From assembly GCA_002877915.1 (NCBI GenBank), contig PNJE01000075.1, positions 1 to 60,792 on the forward strand: a stretch of DNA of 60,792 bases, written 5' to 3'. Within the stretch, counting starts at the first letter, position 1. Every line of letters starts with the position of its first letter. This stretch comes from Candidatus Aminicenantes bacterium. GTDB lineage: Bacteria > Acidobacteriota > Aminicenantia > Aminicenantales > Saccharicenantaceae. The notes below the pieces were generated by a model. That model was not told the DNA's origin and ran no database searches. It saw only the letters and a list, made by a program, of their open reading frames with translations. Shown here one piece after another: positions 57,869 to 60,792 of this stretch. The position numbers and the translations under genes were made by a program.

Positions 57869-60214
57869 TTAAAAGTTGAAAGCTTTCCCGCCTTTCCATT
57901 TATAAAGAAGAATCTTGATTAGATCGGTAAAAAAGAGGGTTACCACCAAAGCATAAGCCAGAACCAGGAAAACATAAGAAAGGGGGACCCTAACGACGAA
58001 TATTCCCCCAGCCACCACAACGGTAGCTATAATCAAGTCCGCTACGATAAAAATCATCAACGGCCAGCTCGGAAGTGAATGGAAAAACATTTTTCTTTCC
58101 CTGAAATTCAGGATATTAAGTATTCCTGAAACCAGCAAAAGATAAAACATTAGCGATTGAACCTGTTCAAATCTGAGAGGCCAGAATTTTATTATTAAGT
58201 ACATCGCCAGGAAAAGTTCCAGGATTTTCAGGCAACCGAAAATTAAGGCCACGGTAATTAATTTTTCCAGACTCCACTTTTCTGGCCGCTCACCTCCTTC
58301 CAGATTATCGGTGGCTATGGAAATAGTGACGAAATCAAACAGGAAAAGCATTAAAATCATGGCTACTGGGGTGATAACCGGCTTCCCAAGAATCAAGGTA
58401 GCGGCAGAGACAAAAAAGACAATCTGAAAGGTCTTGACCACTTTATTGATAATCCAGAGAATTATCCTCCGGTATATCTTTCGTCCGGTTTGTATCAGGT
58501 CGACAATGTTAGAAAGCCCGGGGCTGGTGAGAATTACCTTGGCTGCTTCTTTGGCTATGTCCAAGGAGTTACTAACGGCAATTCCCAGGTCAGCCTTTCT
58601 CAGGGCTGGGGCATCATTAACTCCATCTCCGGTCATCCCGACAGTATGCCCTTTCGACTGATAAAAATTGACCAGGCTGAACTTATCCTCCGGAAGGACC
58701 TCGGCAAAAACTTCAAGTTCTTCTGGAACTGCTGAGGTCGGCTCCCGATCATTTTTCCAGACAGCCACCTTTTCTCCGAGCCCGACCGCGGCGGCAACCT
58801 CTTTAGCAATCAATTGATTGTCACCGGTAATCATTTTTACCGAGATTCCGAGGTTCTTGATTCGGGCGATGAAATCTTTGGAATCTTTTCGTGGGTAATC
58901 AAAAAAACTCAGAAGCCCAATTGCCTCCAAGCTCCGGTCTTCTTTTTTGATGGCCACAATTAAGGTTCTTTGGCCAGATGAAGCTAATCGCGATAATTGG
59001 CTTTCAATCTCGCTTTTCTTAGCCGAAGAAGGCAACTGGGCCAGCACCACCTGCGGAGCCCCTTTTATTACTTCTATTCTTTGCCCCTGATATTCAATTT
59101 CAGCCCCTGCCAACTTCGTTTCTGGATCAAACGGCTTGAAATTAAGAATATTGATGTTTTCAGCCCCTAACTGTTTGCCATATTCCAAGATGGCTGAATC
59201 TATGGGGTCAAGAGTTACCTGGTCAGAAGCCGCCCGGGCTAAAGCGACGACTTGCTTCTCGGTATAACCATCGGCTAAGCAAATTACCTCACTTATCTTA
59301 ATCCGGTTCTCAGTGATGGTCCCGGTTTTGTCCAGGCAAAGAATATCCATCATGGCGCTATTCTCTATTCCATCTAACTTTCTAACCAGGACTCCTTTGC
59401 GGGCGAGTTCCAGGCTGCCTAAGGAAAGCGAGAGAATTGTCATAGCCGGCAGGGCGACGGGGATGGAAGCAATAAGCAGAGTCAGAATAACTGGCAGAGC
59501 AGATTGGAAAGGCAGGCGCTCTAAATCAAACTTAATCAAAACAGCCACAATGAAAAAAGAATCTACCAGGAGCAGACCTCTGGTAACACTCATGGTAATC
59601 TTTTCAATAATCAATCGCGGCCGGGCTTTTTCAATTAATTCTGCTGTCCGGCCATAATAAGTCCGCGGACCAGTGGCCACTACCTGGCAGATGGCCTGAC
59701 CACGGGTTATCAGGCTTCCAGAATATATTTTTTCATTTTCTTTTTTTTCGGCCGGAATTGATTCTCCGGTCAAAGGAGATTCATCCACTGAAACTCCACC
59801 CTCGAGTATCAAGGCATCAGCTGGGACAATATCACCAGCCACTACTTTAATCAGGTCATCGGGGACAAGTTCCACTGAGGAGAGCTGCTGCCAGGCATTT
59901 TCCCTTAAAACTTTAACCGTAACCGTTATTCTTTTCATCAGAAGCTCTAACGCCCGAGAAGCCCTGAATTCCTGGAAAAAACCCATGGCGGCATTAAAAA
60001 GCAACAAAAAGGCCATCACTGCGGCTTCCAGATAATGCTTTATAAAAATCATTATGATAAGCGAGGCTTCGATAACCACCGCCGAGAGCCCGGTCAGCCG
60101 TTTCAAAAAATCCAAAACCAAATTGGTCTTTTGGCCGGTAATTTCATTGCGTCCAAATTGCTCCCGCCGCTTTTGAACTTCTGATTGATTTAATCCTGAG
60201 ATTTTTGGATCCAT
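57869..60214 (-). CDS. Plasma-membrane proton-efflux-type P-type ATPase (type IIIA)
   Basis: DESPLTGES, IPVALP, CLDKTGTIT, PFDP..K, KGAPQ and TGDGVNDAP; 781 aa. Confidence 0.85.
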   Translation of the reverse strand: MDPKISGLNQSEVQKRREQFGRNEITGQKTNLVLDFLKRLTGLSAVVIEASLIIMIFIKHYLEAAVMAFLLLFNAAMGFFQEFRASRALELLMKRITVTVKVLRENAWQQLSSVELVPDDLIKVVAGDIVPADALILEGGVSVDESPLTGESIPAEKKENEKIYSGSLITRGQAICQVVATGPRTYYGRTAELIEKARPRLIIEKITMSVTRGLLLVDSFFIVAVLIKFDLERLPFQSALPVILTLLIASIPVALPAMTILSLSLGSLELARKGVLVRKLDGIENSAMMDILCLDKTGTITENRIKISEVICLADGYTEKQVVALARAASDQVTLDPIDSAILEYGKQLGAENINILNFKPFDPETKLAGAEIEYQGQRIEVIKGAPQVVLAQLPSSAKKSEIESQLSRLASSGQRTLIVAIKKEDRSLEAIGLLSFFDYPRKDSKDFIARIKNLGISVKMITGDNQLIAKEVAAAVGLGEKVAVWKNDREPTSAVPEELEVFAEVLPEDKFSLVNFYQSKGHTVGMTGDGVNDAPALRKADLGIAVSNSLDIAKEAAKVILTSPGLSNIVDLIQTGRKIYRRIILWIINKVVKTFQIVFFVSAATLILGKPVITPVAMILMLFLFDFVTISIATDNLEGGERPEKWSLEKLITVALIFGCLKILELFLAMYLIIKFWPLRFEQVQSLMFYLLLVSGILNILNFRERKMFFHSLPSWPLMIFIVADLIIATVVVAGGIFVVRVPLSYVFLVLAYALVVTLFFTDLIKILLYKWKGGKAFNF

Positions 60215-60289
60215 TGTCCATTTCCCTATTTTGTAATTGCTTTGAGATTATAAGATAATAAAAAAGATAAAAAAACAAGGAGGGAAAAT

Positions 60290-60499
60290 TTGAGGAGAAG
60301 AAATTTTATTAAAAATGCCATGGTCACAGTTCCGGCGGTCGTTCTATGGAAGGCCACCGGAAGGGCTTTCTCCGAAAAATTCTTTTCTTCATCGTGGTTT
60401 CACAATTGCGACCGCGAACACACCCCTGCGGAATTCCACCTCTGTCCAGAGCAAAAGGTCCTTTTTGCCCAGAGCGTTGGTTATCCAATTGAGGGTTGA
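60290..60499 (+). pseudogene. Tat-signal nitroreductase-family remnant (large internal in-frame deletion)
   Basis: GGAGG RBS and TTG start; RRRNFIK twin-arginine signal fused almost directly to SWFHNCDRE...LCPEQKVLFAQSVGYP, which resembles the C-terminus of SagB-like nitroreductases. Confidence 0.6.
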
Positions 60500-60518
60500 G
60501 CCAGCCTCGGAAAATTGA

Positions 60519-60791
60519 TTAGCGTACTTCAAAAACTGATTCTGTTTTGATTTCTCCAGAAATCTTCGGGCCAGAAAATATAAAAGTTATCCTATATTTT
60601 CCGGGCGAAAGCGCACCGGTTTTAAGTTCGAGCAAAAGTTTAAGCAACTCTTCGTCTCTAATCTTGTATCGGATTAAAGGAAGCCAGCTTTTTATTTCCC
60701 CGCTTCCTGCTTTGTCTAACCGGGCGCTGACCGAAAGTCCCTCTTCGCTCCCAACCGGCGCCTGTAATCTTATAGCCGCGAAGAGGCTTTG
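60519..60791 (-). CDS. 3' end of a gene entering from the right window edge (Ig-like C-terminal domain)
   Basis: Open frame of 90 aa from the edge to TAA 60519-60521, ending LELKTGALSPGKYRITFIF...ESVFEVR; not in the ORF track because it has no start. Confidence 0.65.
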   Translation of the reverse strand, partial: QSLFAAIRLQAPVGSEEGLSVSARLDKAGSGEIKSWLPLIRYKIRDEELLKLLLELKTGALSPGKYRITFIFSGPKISGEIKTESVFEVR

Positions 60792-60792
60792 G

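Noticed and set aside
1995-59657. Numerous antisense or alternate-frame ORFs (e.g. 1995..2429, 8383..9339, 49938..50648, 51701..52075)
   Set aside because: They lie wholly within well-supported genes, have no recognisable motifs and lack clear RBSs.
1-60792. CRISPR arrays, rRNA, transposases
   Set aside because: No regularly spaced direct repeats, rRNA-like segments or transposase motifs were found; repeats in the SBBP, FN3 and TPR genes are protein-domain repeats.

Overview
A ~61 kb bacterial chromosomal segment of moderately low GC. The gene content (many TPR, SBBP/FN3 and secreted-peptidase genes, hrcA-grpE-dnaK-dnaJ) resembles Acidobacteriota/Aminicenantes-type anaerobes; this is an inference, not a database result. 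Housekeeping block: tRNA-Leu(TAG), tig, a decayed clpP, alaS, pilT-like ATPase, heat-shock operon with an atypical lid-less DnaK, split lysine-ketoglutarate reductase/saccharopine dehydrogenase, cysS, folK, cysteine desulfurase/TusE and a PhoR-like kinase. The window also has three P-type ATPases (Ca-, Mg- and H+-type motifs) and several exported peptidases, including a frameshifted tricorn protease. The main discovery candidate is a minus-strand operon at ~33.3-40.9 kb: a radical SAM/SPASM enzyme and a degenerate rSAM-SPASM-RRE partner sit beside a 179-aa precursor-like protein. That protein has a twin-arginine-like signal, and all 14 of its histidines lie in His-Xaa-Asn/Asp triplets, suggesting an uncharacterised His-Xaa-Asn/Asp (triceptide/Hxs-like) RiPP system. 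A second candidate is the mgtA 5' region, with a perfect palindromic operator and a Pro-containing uORF whose leader can form mutually exclusive anti-SD/anti-anti-SD pairings. Family names come from motif recognition only; no searches were run.
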